A stretch of DNA of 64,000 nt. It comes from Leucoraja ocellata. Its lineage: Eukaryota. The translations under genes and the position numbers were made by a program. Below are positions 26,952 through 39,990 of the stretch, piece after piece (position 1 is the stretch's first letter; each line of letters opens with the position of its first letter). Below the pieces are notes generated by a model. It was not told the origin of the DNA, did not search any database, and saw only the letters and a program-made list of their open reading frames with translations. The DNA lies in contig JAWMAR010000392.1 of assembly GCA_036785375.1 (NCBI GenBank), positions 1,302,001-1,366,000 on the forward strand, in the 5' to 3' direction.

Positions 26952-27263
26952 CGGACCCGGTGTACCGTGGGGTATTATGTGGGGATCGTTAGTCAGCGCG
27001 GACCCGGTGTACCGAAGGGCCCGTTTCCGCACTGTATCTCTAATTAAACTAAACCACCGTTGTTGGACCAATCGCAGACGATGAGTCAGAGTATAGAATG
27101 AAATATAGAACAGGGTATAGACTATTTTAAAGACCTCTATCAAGTCCCCCCTTAACCTTCTGCGCTCCAGAGAATAAAGACCTAACTTATTCAACCTATC
27201 TCTGTAACTTAGTTGTTAAAACCCAGGCAACATTCTAGTAAATCTCCTCTGTACTCTCTCTAG

Positions 27264-27678
27264 ATACTCTCTAGAATTTAGAAGATTGAGAGGGGATCTT
27301 ATAGAAACTTACAAAATTCTTAAGGGGTTGGACAGGCTAGATGCAGGAAGATTGTTCCCGATGTTGGGGAAGTCCAGGACAAGGGGTCACAGCTTAAGGA
27401 TAAAGGGGAAATCCTTTAAAACCGAGATGAGAAGAACTTTTTTCACACAGAGAGTGGTGAATCTCTGGAACTCTCTGCCACAGAGGGTAGTTGAGGCCAG
27501 TTCGTTGGCTATATTTAAGAGGGAGTTAGATGTGGCCCTTGTGGCTAAGGGGATCAGGGGGTATGGAGAGAAGGCTGGTACGGGATACTGAGTTGGATGA
27601 TCAGCCATGATCATATTGAATGGCGGTGCAGGCTCGAAGGGCCGAATGGCCTACTCCTGCACCTAATTTCTATGTTTC
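27264..27678 (+). mobile_element. CR1 LINE family A 3' end
   Basis: ORF 27286-27591; tail. Confidence 0.9.
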
Positions 27679-28329
27679 AAACGAAACGCCGTTATCACTA
27701 CATAGATATATAGTGATAGGTAGAGATATAGATATGTTTGTGTGTTTTTAATATATGCTCCACAGCAGCAACAAACATTATTACAGTCAGATCACTTTAT
27801 GCAAAATTATTGAATTAAGGTCTGAAGGGTCTCGACTCGAAATGTCACCCATTCCTTCTATCCAGAGATGTTGCCTGTCCCACTGAGTTACTCCAGCATT
27901 TTGTGTCTATCTTCAATTGAAATCACCATCTGCAGTGGCTCCTACACATTGAATAATGTGCAGAATTTATTGTGTATCGTCTGACTATGTGGCTCTCGTG
28001 CTGCTGCAAGCAAGATTTCTCCTGTTCTGGAATTACATCGTTCCTGGTCAAATGACAATAATCTCAATTTGATGTAACAATGCCCTCTAGTTTTAGATTC
28101 CCTCGCCCTGGGGAAAATGCTGTGACGACCCCCCTCATCCAGGCCCTCAGATCTCTTTCACGGAAATAATCCTAGCCAATCCAATCTCTCCCGATAAGCA
28201 CCCCAGTTCTGGCAACATCCTGCTGAATCCTTTCTACACCCTTCGTAGCTCTATGACAGTCCCTCCCACAGCAGTACTCCAAATACATAGCATTGTTAAT
28301 ATGGTAGACAAAAATACTGGAGACACTGT

Positions 28330-29117
28330 GATAAATGTCAGGTACAAGAAGCTAACATAGCGCACTCTTTTGTTTTCTGTATAAAAATTCAAAAATTCTG
28401 GAACGAAATATTTGAAATCTTTACAAAATTATTTAAAACAAAACTTCTACCCAGAGTAGAATGGATCATTTTTTGGAATATCGGAAGGTAACCCAGAATT
28501 AAATATGTTTCAAAAGAACTTACTTAATTATGGGCTAATAATGGGGAAAAAAGATTATACTTAAATTTTGGAAAAATGCTCCAATACCAACAACAAAAAT
28601 GTGGATTTCAAACATGTTCGAAACATTACACTTGGAAGAGATGAGACTCCTCCTAGCAGGTAAAGCAGATCACTTCCAAAAGACGTGGTCTGCATTTATG
28701 GAACTATTACAAGCTAAGGTGCAATAATAAGTTAAAATATAAAGGCTACCAGGACCTGGTAATGGGGGGTATAAAATACATTTTTAATAAAAACATGGTT
28801 GGTATATCCTTTTTTGCGGAGTTTTGTGTTACAATAGAGCGATTGATTTTCCTTTTTTCCTTTTTTTCCTTTTCTTTCTAGGGCCTTAATTATTTTCTTT
28901 GCTTCCTTCTCTAATTCCTCCCGAAGGGGTTCTTTTCTCCCAACTCTTTCCTGCACCTTCACGATTCTTGCTTACTTTTCTTACTTCTTTTATTTCTTTC
29001 TCTTTTAAAGCTCAAAAAATGAAGTGGTACAACATAATGTAATAAGATATATGCGATGTATTAATGTGATTTACTGTACTGCTAATAAAAATAAAATTAA
29101 AAAAAATTAAAAAAAAT
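28330..29117 (+). mobile_element. L1-clade LINE 3' end
   Basis: KIQKFWNEIFEIF...ILKFWKNAPIPTTKMWISNMFETLHLEEMR...W ORF2 end; pyrimidine-rich UTR; AATAAA and A-rich tail. Confidence 0.75.
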
Positions 29118-29309
29118 ATTGGAGAAACAGAGTTGTTCTAGCATTTTTGTCAACCTTAGATTTTCCAGCATCTGCAGTTCCTTCTTAAACTTATTAATGT
29201 TGTATTTTTAATTATTGTTATATATTATCTGCGAGTTATTGTGTTAACGCTCCTGTTAGGTTCTATTGTCGGTAGATAAGACAATTGAACACTTTGAAGC
29301 ATGGTCTCA

Positions 29310-29557
29310 CCAATTTTTACACAGAGAGTGGTGAAATCTGTGGAGTTCTCTGCCACAGAAGGTAGTTGAGGCCAGTTCATTGGCTATATTTAAGAGGGAG
29401 TTAGATGTGGCCCTTGTGGCTAAAGGGATCAGGGGGTATGGAGAGAAGGCAGGGATGGGATACCGAGTTGGATGATCAGCCATGATCATATTGAATGGCG
29501 GTGCAGGCTCGAAGGGCCGAATGGCCTACTCCTGCACCTATTGTCTATGTTTCTATG
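29310..29557 (+). mobile_element. CR1 LINE family A 3' end
   Basis: ORF2 end and UTR. Confidence 0.85.
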
Positions 29558-29588
29558 TATTGTCTTGTCCTGGTGTAACACGGACAGG

Positions 29589-29879
29589 ATTCCACTGTAC
29601 GAGGTAATTCAAGAGTTCTCCCGAGTTTAAAACTAAATCGGACTCGTGGTGAGTACGCAGAATGTACTTACCGAGTACGTTGGAGCTCGGGACACCTCTT
29701 AGCGGCTCGTAACGCTAACGGCAGGTAACCGGGAAACTCGTGAAGATTTTTCAACATTGTGAAAAATGTCCACGAGAGTCCCGATTACCCACGGGCGGCC
29801 ATTACCGTAATTCTCCGAGTTGGAATCAGGGGAAACTCGGGAGAACTCTTGAATTACCTCGTACAGTGGGACAGGGGCT
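29589..29879. mobile_element. Palindromic non-autonomous DNA transposon (MITE type 2)
   Basis: Long inverted repeat CCACTGTACGAGGTAATTCAAGAGTTCTCCCGAGTTT / AAACTCGGGAGAACTCTTGAATTACCTCGTACAGTGGGACAGGGGC. Confidence 0.75.
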
Positions 29880-30017
29880 TTGAATGCCAAGAAGTCCAGA
29901 GTGTATAATTACCACACGCACTAACAATGGAACAATTAAATTCTTACTTACATAAGCCTTTCGGCCTGCAAACACAAAACACATAGTCTATAAAGAATGA
30001 AATTTGAATAAATATAA

Positions 30018-30507
30018 CCATATAACCATATAACAATTACAGCACGGAAACAGGCCATCTCGGCCCTACAAGTCCATGCCGAACAAATTATTTTTTCCCC
30101 CTTAGTCCCACCTGCCTGCACTCATACCATAACCCTCCATTCCCTTCTCATCCATATGCCTATCCAATTTATTTTTAAATGATACCAATGAACCTGCCTC
30201 CACCACTTCCACTGGGAGCTCATTCCACACCGCCACCACTCTCTGCGTAAAGAAGTTCCCCCTCATATTACCCCTAAACTTCTGTCCCTTAATTCTGAAG
30301 TCATGTCCTCTTGTTTGAATCTTCCCTATTCTCAAAGGGAAAAGCTTGTCCACATCAACTCTGTCTATCCCTCTCATCATTTTAAAGACCTCTATCAGGT
30401 CCCCCCTTAACCTTCTGCGCTCCAGAGAATAAAGACCTAACTTATTCAACCTATCTCTGTAACTTAGTTGTTGAAACCCAGGCAACATTCTAGTAAATCT
30501 CCTCTGT
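30018..30507 (-). mobile_element. CR1 LINE family B flanked by an ~80-bp direct duplication
   Basis: ORF 30102-30488; 29938-30017 repeated at 30512-30591. Confidence 0.9.
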
Positions 30508-30940
30508 AATGAAATTCTTACTTACAGCAGCCTTTCGGCCTGCAAACACAAAACACATAGTCTATAAAGAATGAAATTTGAATAAATATAAAAGCAAAAT
30601 AAATGGGAAAAAGTCTCCTAACTTTCTTTGTACAGACAGTTGATAGAATTTCCAAGTCGAGATTAGCGTTGTGTTCAAGAGCCAGAACCTGATATTGGCT
30701 GCCTTTTTGAGACAGCACCTTCTATAGAACCCTTCAATGGCGGGGAGGTCAGTAGCTGTGATACACCAGGCAGTGTCAACCACTCTCATTAATCTCCTTC
30801 ACTCCTTGGCATCGAGTATCTGACCCTGGCCATGATGCAACCAGTCAATATGCTCCATGTAGTAGAAATGATAGCGAGTATTCGTCACATGCTGAATCTC
30901 CTCAATCTTCCAGGTCAGTAGAGGCGTTAGAGACCGCGAT

Positions 30941-31164
30941 GCCCCTGTCCCACTTAGGAAACCTGAACGGAAACCTCTGGAGACTTTGTGCCCCACCCAA
31001 GGTTTCCATGCGGTTCCCGGAGGTTTTTGTCAGTCTCCCTACCTGCTTCCACTGCCTGCAACCTCCGGCAACCACCTGCAACCTCCGGGAACCGCACGGA
31101 AACATTGAGTGGGGCGCAAAGTCTCCAGAGGTTTCCGTTCAGATTTCCTAAGTGGGACAGGGGC
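30941..31164. mobile_element. Palindromic MITE type 1
   Basis: TIR GCCCCTGTCCCACTTAGGAAACCTGAACGGAAACCTCTGGAGAC; copies at 43749-43983 and 58686-58947. Confidence 0.8.
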
Positions 31165-31588
31165 CTCTAGAATTTAGAAGATTGAGAGGGGATCTTATAG
31201 AAACTTACAAAATTCTTAAGGAGTTGGACAGGCTAGATGCAGGTAGATTGTTCCCGATGTTAGGGAAGTCCAGGACAAGGGGTCACAGCTTAAGGATAAA
31301 GGGGAAATCCTTTAAAACCGAGATGAGAAGAACTTTTTTCACACAGAGAGTGGTGAATCTCTGGAACTCTCTGCCACAGAGGGTAGTTGAGGCCAGTTCA
31401 TTGGCTATATTTAAGAGGGAGTTAGATGTGGCCCTTGTGGCTAAGGGGATCAGGGGGTATGGAGAGAAGGCAGGTACGGGACACTGAGTTGGATGATCAG
31501 CCATGATCATATTGAATGGCGGTGCAGGCTCGAAGGGCCGAATGGCCTACTCCTGCACCTAATTTCTATGTTTCTATGTTTCTATGTT
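31165..31588 (+). mobile_element. CR1 LINE family A 3' end
   Basis: ORF 31152-31487; tail. Confidence 0.9.
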
Positions 31589-32114
31589 TAAGGAACTGCA
31601 GACACAGGAATCTGACGAAGAACACAATTGCTCTAGTAACTCAGCGGGTTAAGGTACCATCTCTGGTGGACATTGATAGGTGATGTTATGGGTTGGGACC
31701 CTTCATCCCAAGAAGTTGAGGTGTTTAGAGGCTTTCTGTGTGATTACATCAAGGTGCTGGGCCCAGGACAGATCTTCAAATATACACACCAGAAGTTTAA
31801 AGTACTTGAGTTTCTCCACTGCTGACCCTTGATCCATGTAATCAGTTTAGGGGTCCCTGTGCAGCTTGATGTGTGTATGGGACAATACCTAATCTTGATC
31901 TACTCCAGCTCCAATGCCCTTTACTTCCCCTCCACACCCCATCCCCATCGCATCTCCCCCTCCCCACTCCCCCCCCCCCCCCACTCTCCCCACCCCTTCT
32001 CCTCCTCTCTCCCCCCTATGACTCCCCTCATCCATCCTCTCAATTCTCCTCCCCACCATCTCCGGCTATCCACTCCCATCCCCATCCCTCCACCCCCCCC
32101 CCCCCCAACTTGAT

Positions 32115-32409
32115 ACACAGCTTAAGGATAAGGGGGAAATCCTTTAGAACCGAGATGAGGAGAACTTTTTTCACACAGAGAGTGGTGAATCTCTGGAACT
32201 CTCTGCCACAGAGGGTAGTCGAGGCCACAGTTCATTGGCTATATTTAAGAGGGAGTTAGATGTGGCCCTTGTGGCCAGGGGGATCAGAGGGTATGGAGAG
32301 AAGGCAGGTACGGGATACTGAGTTGGATGATCAGCCATGATCATATTGAATGGCGGTGCAGGCTTGAAGGGCCGAATGGCCTACTCCTGCACCTAATTTC
32401 TATGTTTCT
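32115..32409 (+). mobile_element. CR1 LINE family A 3' end
   Basis: [23 protein letters not shown]...; tail. Confidence 0.9.
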
Positions 32410-32705
32410 AACTTCCTCTACCCTCCTCTTCTCCTTCTCCCCTCCCTTCATTCCTCCCCACCCCTCCTCTCTCCTCCCTATCCCTGCTCCAACTACGTAC
32501 CTCCCCGCACTCATCCCTCCACTCACCTCCCCTCCTCTCCTCTCCCCTCACCAATCAGCTCAAAGACTATATCTAGTCATTTATCTTAGCCACAAGGGCC
32601 ACATCTAACTATATCTAGTCATTTCGTTGTCTCTGTACTGTACACTGACAATGACAATTAAAATTGAATCTGAATCTGAATCTGAATCTGATCTAGTCAG
32701 GACGT

Positions 32706-32715
32706 TTTATTTATT
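32706..32715 (-). terminator. Overlapping AATAAA poly(A) signals of the NAT8-like gene
   Basis: AATAAATAAA on minus strand ~60 nt after the stop codon. Confidence 0.6.
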
Positions 32716-32771
32716 GACATGACTCCCCTCCCCAACGAAATGAGATTGTGTTCCCAGTCGGGACGTTTGGT

Positions 32772-33527
32772 CTATTGACGCCCCTGTCTCCCTGTCACTG
32801 GGGCCCCTTGGTAGGAATGACCGGCGTCCAGAAGGTCCAGCCTCAGCTCGCACACATAGATGTTGGTGACCCAGGATAGCAGGGCCAGTCCGGGCATGGG
32901 ATCGGCGTCCCTGGTCATCCGAAAGCCCTGGGCTAGATAGAGCCGGATGGCGGGCTGCTGGACGGTGGAGGTGTACAGGACACACTCCCGGTAGCCGCTG
33001 TCCCGGGCGAACTCCAGCACCCGGCGGGTCAGTCTGCAGCCCAGCCCCAGACCCCGGCATCGCCGGTCCACCGAGAGGCGGAGGAGCTGGCAGCAGCCCG
33101 GCTGTCCCTCGGCCTTCTGTGCTGCCACCACCCCTCGCAGCCCACCGTCTCCCCCCTCCTCCTCCACCACCCAGAACCCCGACCCCGGCCTCCCCATGTA
33201 GGTCCCCTCAATGTCCGCCATGTCCCCCTCCAGCTGCTGCTTCACGTACCCGGCGTATATCAGGCGGCAGGCCAGGTACAGGAGGGCTAGCAGCGCGGCG
33301 ACGGGCAGAGCGGCCCAAGCCAGCGGCCAGCCGGCTCCGTAGACAGCGGCCCCGGTAGCCAGAAGGAGACAGTGCACGGCGGGCGACTGCAGGGCCCGGC
33401 GGAATGCCGGCCAAGGGAGATCCAGCAAACCCTCCGAGAAGATCCTGCGGGCCTCCGGTGTGTCGCCGGCCCGGAACGGGCGCACGGTGAAGCGGGGACC
33501 CCCTCCAGCCTTGTAGGCGGCCGACAT
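32772..33527 (-). CDS. nat8: NAT8/camello-like GNAT N-acetyltransferase, 251 aa, single coding exon
   Basis: Kozak GGACCATG; hydrophobic membrane segment (LLLATGAAVY...LLALLYLAC); DMADIE..Y...SGFWV; acetyl-CoA motif A RCRGLGLG; LYTS..QQPAIRLY...GF; (CT)n-CAG acceptor ending at 33595. Symbol denotes the family; orthology not established. Confidence 0.88.
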   Translation of the reverse strand: MSAAYKAGGGPRFTVRPFRAGDTPEARRIFSEGLLDLPWPAFRRALQSPAVHCLLLATGAAVYGAGWPLAWAALPVAALLALLYLACRLIYAGYVKQQLEGDMADIEGTYMGRPGSGFWVVEEEGGDGGLRGVVAAQKAEGQPGCCQLLRLSVDRRCRGLGLGCRLTRRVLEFARDSGYRECVLYTSTVQQPAIRLYLAQGFRMTRDADPMPGLALLSWVTNIYVCELRLDLLDAGHSYQGAPVTGRQGRQ

Positions 33528-33884
33528 GGTCCAGGGAGCCGCTGGGAGGTTGTGGAGGAGGTGCTTCGGCCAGAGGAAGGGGAGGTGTCTGGATCTGCAG
33601 AGCGAGAGAGAGAGAGAGAGAGAAACATCAAGTGAGGCAGAGGTCCCAGGGCTGCCAACTCTCACGCAATTCATATAACCATATAACAATTACAGCACGG
33701 AAACAGGCCACATTGTACGGGCTTGTTGGACTAGGGCAGTTGCTAAATTCAGCTCCCAGCATGGATCACAATAATGGAACAGAGCACATAGAACAGTACA
33801 GTACAGCACATGAATGTGCCCTTCAACCCACAGTGTCTGTGCCGAACATGATGCCATGATCATCACTTATCTGCCTGTCCATAA

Positions 33885-34391
33885 TCCATATAACCATATA
33901 ACAATTACAGCACGGAAACAGGCCATCTCGGCCCTACAAGTCCGTGCCGAACAATTTTTTCCCCCTTAGTCCCACCTGCCTGCACTCATACCATAACCCT
34001 CCATTCCCTTCTCATCCATATGCCTATCCAATTTATTTTTAAATGATGCCAATGAACCTGCCTCCACTACTTCCACTGGAAGCTCATTCCACACCGCTAC
34101 CACTCTCTGAGTAAAAAAGTTCCCCCTCATATTACCCCTAAACTTCTGTCCCTTAATTCTGAAGTCATGTCCTCTTGTTTGAATCCTCCCTATTCTCAAA
34201 GGGAAAAGCTTGTCCACATCAACTCTGTCTATCCCTCTCATCATTTTAAAGACCTCTATCAAGTCCCCCCTTAACCTTCTGCGCTCCAGAGAATAAAGAC
34301 CTAACTTATTCAACCTTTCTCTGTAACTTAGTTGTTGAAACCCAGGCAACACTCTAATAAATCTCCTCTGTACTCTCTCTATTTTGTTGAC
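33885..34391 (-). mobile_element. CR1 LINE family B (AGRWD subfamily)
   Basis: ORF 33966-34454; tail. Confidence 0.9.
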
Positions 34392-34619
34392 TTCACGTAA
34401 TTTTAACGCTCTAACGCTGATCACAGGATTTCTCACGCTCAAAAAAACACACATTTAAAAACAATACAAATAAATAAATGAAGTCACGGACAATTCACTT
34501 AGCCCAAGGCTTCCAGATCTCATTCACCCTCACAAATGAGAATAGTTTTCTGTCGCCGGGTTTTCCCGTAAAGAACAAGCAATTTGGCCTAAGATCATCG
34601 CACACTTAAAAAAAGTGCA

Positions 34620-34770
34620 GACAAAAATGCTGGAGAAACTCAGCGGGTGAGGCAGCATCTATGGAGCTAAGGAATAGGCGACGTTTCGGGTCGAGACCCT
34701 TCTTCAGACTCAAGCATTTTTCCTGCACTTTTGTCTACCTTCGATTTTTCTAGTATCTGCAGTTATTTCT
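34620..34770 (-). mobile_element. Penelope-like terminal repeat with intact hammerhead core (family A stem II)
   Basis: Minus strand AGTCTGAAGAAGGGTCTCGACCCGAAACGTCGC at ~34678-34710. Confidence 0.7.
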
Positions 34771-35699
34771 TAAACATTTAAAATGGCAATGTAACTGCAG
34801 TACTGATGAGTCAATTTGACATTGGGGTCAAGGAAAGAGCGTTCACGTCGCGGCCCTGTTTCCACCAATCTTTCCACCACCACGCACAAGAAGCAACAAG
34901 ACAGACACCATTGTATACAGATGCCGAGAAGTGTGTCCAGCACCGACTGATCAACTTCTAATCTTGTGTGTGGACTCGATAAGAAGAAGAAGAATTTGAC
35001 ATTCATGGANNNNNNNNNNNNNNNNNNNNNNNNNNNNNNNNNNNNNNNNNNNNNNNNNNNNNNNNNNNNNNNNNNNNNNNNNNNNNNNNNNNNNNNNNNN
35101 NNNNNNNNNNNNNNNNNNNNNNNNNNNNNNNNNNNNNNNNNNNNNNNNNNNNNNNNNNNNNNNNNNNNNNNNNNNNNNNNNNNNNNNNNNNNNNNNNNNN
35201 NNNNNNNNNNNNNNNNNNNNNNNNNNNNNNNNNNNNNNNNNNNNNNNNNNNNNNNNNNNNNNNNNNNNNNNNNNNNNNNNNNNNNNNNNNNNNNNNNNNN
35301 NNNNNNNNNNNNNNNNNNNNNNNNNNNGTATATGTATGTGGGCGTGTATATATATGCATATATTTATGTGTGTATATGTATGTGTGTGTATGCATGTGTA
35401 TATGTCTGTGTAAATATGTGTGTAAATATGGTTACATAGCTCCTCGTTGTACGTATGTCCAGGTGACAATAACAAACCCCAACTTAAACCCAATAATATG
35501 AACATTGAATTCTCAAATGTCAAGTGATAGTCTCCCTACACCCACTGTTCTCCTACCCATCGCCGATGTGTACCCATTTCTTCCACCACCCTGGTCACCT
35601 TATTCCCTTCCTCTCCTTCTTACAACAGACACCAAGATGCAGCACAGAACGCCACGGGCTGCCTAACTGTACATCTCCCCCTTTTGCCTTGCTGTAGAC

Positions 35700-38170
35700 T
35701 GACCCCCCCACCCCACCCCACCCCCACACTCCCGCCACTCCCCACACTCCCCCCAACCCCCCCCCCACTCCCCCCAACCCCCCCACACTCCCCCCAACCC
35801 CCCCCCAACCCCCCCCACACTCCCCCCAACCCCCCCCCCCACACTCCCCCCACTCCCCCCAACCCCCCCCACACTCCCCCCAACCCCCCCCCACACTCCC
35901 CCCAACCCCCCCCCCCCACTCCCCCGCCCACACTCCCCCCAACCCCCCCCCACACTCCCCCCAACCCCCCCCACACACTCCCCCCCCCCACACTCCCCTC
36001 AACCCCCCCCCCCCCACTCCCCCCCCCACTCCCCCCCCAACCCCCCCGCCACACTCCCCCCAACCCCCCCCACACTCCCCCCAACCCCCCCCCCCACACT
36101 CCCCCCCCCAACCCCCCCCCACTCCCCCCCCACACTCCCCCCACCCCCCCCCCCCCACTCCCCCCAACCCCCCCCCCACACTCCCCCCAACCCCCCCCCC
36201 CCACTCCCCCCCCCACCCCCCCCCCACTCCCCCCCCACTCCCCCCCCAACCCCCCCCCCCACACTCCCCCCAACCCCCCCACACTCCCCCCCCCACACTC
36301 CCCCCACCCCCCCCACACTCCCCCCAACCCCCCCCCCACACTCCCCCCCCCCACACTCCCCCCAACCCCCCCACACTCTCCCCAACCCCCCCCCCCACAC
36401 TCCCCAACCCCCCCCCACACTCCCCCCAACCCCCCCCCCCCCCACACTCCCCCAACCCCCCCCCACACTCCCCCCAACCCCCCCCACACTCCCCCCAACC
36501 CCCCCCCCCCCCCCACACTCCCCCCAACCCCCCCCACACTCCCCCCAACCCCCCCAACCCCCCCCACACTCCCCCCAACCCCCCCAACCCCCCCCACACT
36601 CCCCCCAACCCCCCCCCCACACTCCCCCAACCCCCCCCCCACACTCCCCCCAACCCCCCCCCACACTCCCCCCAACCCCCCCCCCACACTCCCCCCCAAC
36701 CCCCCCCCCACTCCCCCGCCCACACTCCCCCCAACCCCCCCCCACACTCCCCCCAACCCCCCCCACACTCCCCCCAACCCCCCCCCACACTCCCCCCAAC
36801 CCCCCCCCCACACTCCCCCCAACCCCCCCACTCCCCCGCCCACACTCCCCCCAACCCCCCCCCACACTCCCCCCAACCCCCCCCACACTCCCCCCCCACA
36901 CTCCCCCCACTCCCCCCCCCACACTCCCCCCAACCCCCCCCCCACTCCCCCCCCCACACTCCCCCCCAACCCCCCTCCACACTCCCCCCACTCCCCCCCC
37001 ACACTCCCCCCCAACCCCCCCCCCCACTCCCCCAACCCCCCCCACACTCCCCCCAACCCCCCCACACTCCCCCCAACCCCCCCCCACACTCCCCCCCCCA
37101 CACTCCCCCCAACCCCCCCCCACACTCCCCCCAACCCCCCCCCCACACTCCCCCCAACCCCCCCCACTCCCCCCAACCCCCCCCCCACTCCCCCCAACCC
37201 CCCCCCACTCCCCACAACCCCCCCCCCCACACTCCCCCCAACCCCCCCCACTCCCCCCAACCCCCCCCCACACTCCCCCCAACCCCCCCCCCACACACTC
37301 CCCCCAACCCCCCCCCACACACTCCCCCCAACCCCCCCCCCCACACACTCCCCCCAACCCCCCCCCCCCCACACACTCCCCCCAACCCCCCCCCCCCACA
37401 CTCCCCCCAACCCCCCCCCCACACACTCCCCCCCCCCACACACTCCCCCCAACCCCCCCCCCACACACTCCCCCCCCCACACACTCCCCCCAACCCCCCC
37501 CCCACACACTCCCCCCAACCCCCCCCACACTCCCCCCAACCCCCCCCCCCACACACTCCCCCCAACCCCCCCCCACACTCCCCCCAACCCCCCCCACACT
37601 CCCCCCAACCCCCCCCACACTCCCTAACCCCCCCCACACTCCCCCCAACCCCCCCCCCCACACTCCCCCCAACCCCCCCACACTCCCCCCCCAACCCCCC
37701 CCCCCCCCACACACTGCCCCCAACCCCCCCCCCCACACTCCCCCCAACCCCCCCCACACTCCCTAACCCCCCCCACACTCCCCCCAACCCCCCCCCCCAC
37801 ACTCCCCCCAACCCCCCCACACTCCCCCCCAACCCCCCCCCCCCCACACACTGCCCCCAACCCCCCCCCCACACTCCCCCCAACCCCCCCCACACACTCC
37901 CGCCACTCCCCCCCCCCCACACTCTCCCCACCCCGCCCCCCCCACACACGACCTCACCCCCCCCCCACACTCCCTCCAACCCCCCCCCCCCCCACACACT
38001 CCCCACAATCCCCACCCCCCCACACACTACCTCACCCCCACACTCTCCCCGCCCCCCACACTCTCCCCAACCCCCCCCCCCCCACACTCTCCCCAACCCG
38101 TCCCCCCCCCCCCACACACGACCTCACCCCCCACACTCCCCACACTCAGCACAACCACCACACTCCCCCC
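35700..38170. repeat. C-rich minisatellite, ~20-bp unit C(n)ACACTC(n)AA
   Basis: Over 100 degenerate units with variable C-run lengths. Confidence 0.95.
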
Positions 38171-38179
38171 AAACTGAGA

Positions 38180-38425
38180 TTCACACAGAGAGTGGTGAAT
38201 CTCTGGAACTCTCTGCCACAGAAGGCAGTTGAGGCCAGTTCATTGGCTATATTTAAGAGGGAGTTAGATGTGGCCCTTGTGGCTAAGGGGATCAGGGGGT
38301 ATGGAGAGAAGGCAGGTACGGGATACTGAGTTGGATGATCAGCCATGATCATATTGAATGGCGGTGCAGGCTCGAAGGGCCGAATGGCCTACTCCTGCAC
38401 CTAATTTCTATGTTTCTATGTTTCT
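38180..38425 (+). mobile_element. CR1 LINE family A 3' end
   Basis: ORF2 end, UTR and tail. Confidence 0.9.
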
Positions 38426-39124
38426 AAACCCCCCGCCTCACACTCCCCCCCACATCCCCCCCAAACCTCCACAATCTTTGTACACACCCAATCCTGTACT
38501 TTGATTTCATGTTTCATGTATCGTGAGTTTTCCGACTGTTGGCAGTGGAATTTCCCACTTGGGATGAATAAAGTTGAATAAAGTATCATTTCCTATATCC
38601 TCCATCTCCCCCATTTCCATTTGATCTCCCCTCTCTCCCCTCCTGCCTGTTCCCACTCCACCCTTATCCCTCTCTCTGGTTTTACAGTCCGATGCCCCTC
38701 CCTTCCCCTTTTACACCAACCTTTGGTCTCCTTTACGACTACAACCTTTGTCACTGTCTCCACGCATCTGTCAGTGAATTCTACTCCTACCCTCCGCCTT
38801 CACCTACACGGTCCCACTGAGATGAGCGCAAGAGGATGGCTTCCCCCTTCTCCGCTCCACCTATCTCCTGATGCCCACACACACACCCCTCCGCCCCTGA
38901 GATCATCCTGAGCAAGAAATGGATGCCCGCTGCCTCCAGCACTGGTTTGCCGGATTCACCCTCCCCTCCCCCCTACATCTCTCCACACCCCCACCCCCTC
39001 CCCCCTACATCTCTCCACAACCCCACCCCCTCCCAGGCCGGCTACTGAACGCCTGGGTAGACGGACGTCCTACGGTGGGTGGGATACGGGGTGGGGTTGG
39101 TTGGTCTCCATGCAGGTGCAGCAG

Positions 39125-39810
39125 GCTAGGCATGCAGGTGCAGCAGGCAGTAAAGAAAGCGAATGGCATGTTGGCTTTCATAGCAAGAGGATTTGAGTAT
39201 AGGAGCAGGGAGGTTCTACTGCAGTTGTATAGGTTCTTGGTGAGACCACACCTGGAGTATTGCGTGCAGTTTTGGTCTCCAAATCTGAGGAAGGACATTA
39301 TTGCCATAGAGGGAGTGCAGGGAAGGTTCACCAGACTGATTCCTGGAATGTCAGGACTGTCTTATGAAGAAAGACTGGATAGACTTGGTTTATACTCTCT
39401 AGAATTTAGGAGATTGAGAGGGGATCTTATAGAAACTTACAAAATTCTTAAGGGGTTGGACAGGCTAGATGCAGGAAGATTGTTCCCGATGTTGGGGAAG
39501 TCCAGGACAAGGGGTCACAGCTTAAGGATAAGGGGGAAATCCTTTAAAACCGAGATGAGGAGAACTTTTTTCACACAGAGAGTGGTGAATCTCTGGAACT
39601 CTCTGCCACAGAGGGTAGTTGAGGCCAGTTCATTGGCTATATTTAAGAGGGAGTTAGATGTGGCCCTTGTGGCCAAGGGGATCAGAGGGTATGGAGAGAA
39701 GGCAGGTACGGGATACTGAGTTGGATGATCAGCCATGATCATATTGAATGGCGGTGCAGGCTCGAAGGGCCGAATGACCTACTCCTGCACCTAATTTCTA
39801 TGTTTCTATG
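39125..39810 (+). mobile_element. CR1 LINE family A
   Basis: ORF 38919-39719 from [10 protein letters not shown] onward; tail. Confidence 0.9.
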
Positions 39811-39861
39811 TCTCGTGGGGTCGTAGGGGGAGGCGAGCGAGGGAGCAGGGGGTGTGCCGAC

Positions 39862-39990
39862 ACTCACCGCCACTCGCTGCGTTGTCTGCAGTAGACTGGA
39901 CCCGGTTCTCAGCAGAGGGTGCCCGGTTAAAGATTAACACAGTCCGTCGCAGCTGGACTCTGTACGGCCGGCCTTCCCGGGACAAGGCAN
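39862..39990 (-). promoter_or_regulatory. Putative promoter and non-coding exon 1 of the intact NAT8-like gene
   Basis: Donor GCG|GTGAGT at 39867-39862; CpG-rich; HNF1-like palindrome GTTAAAGATTAAC at 39926-39938; homologous region upstream of the second paralog. Confidence 0.55.

Noticed and set aside
30941-31164. Palindromic repeats as a possible CRISPR-like array
   Set aside because: Dispersed MITE copies in a vertebrate genome, with no repeat-spacer periodicity
33528-33689. 54-aa N-terminal extension of the 305-aa NAT8 ORF
   Set aside because: Starts in a CR1-B tail and crosses a (CT)n-CAG splice acceptor; the ATG at 33527 is shared by all three paralogs
35595-38117. Long Gly-rich and Pro-rich ORFs (840, 666, 647, 586 aa)
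   Set aside because: Open frames arise from a stop-poor C-rich minisatellite; open in several frames on both strands with no gene structure
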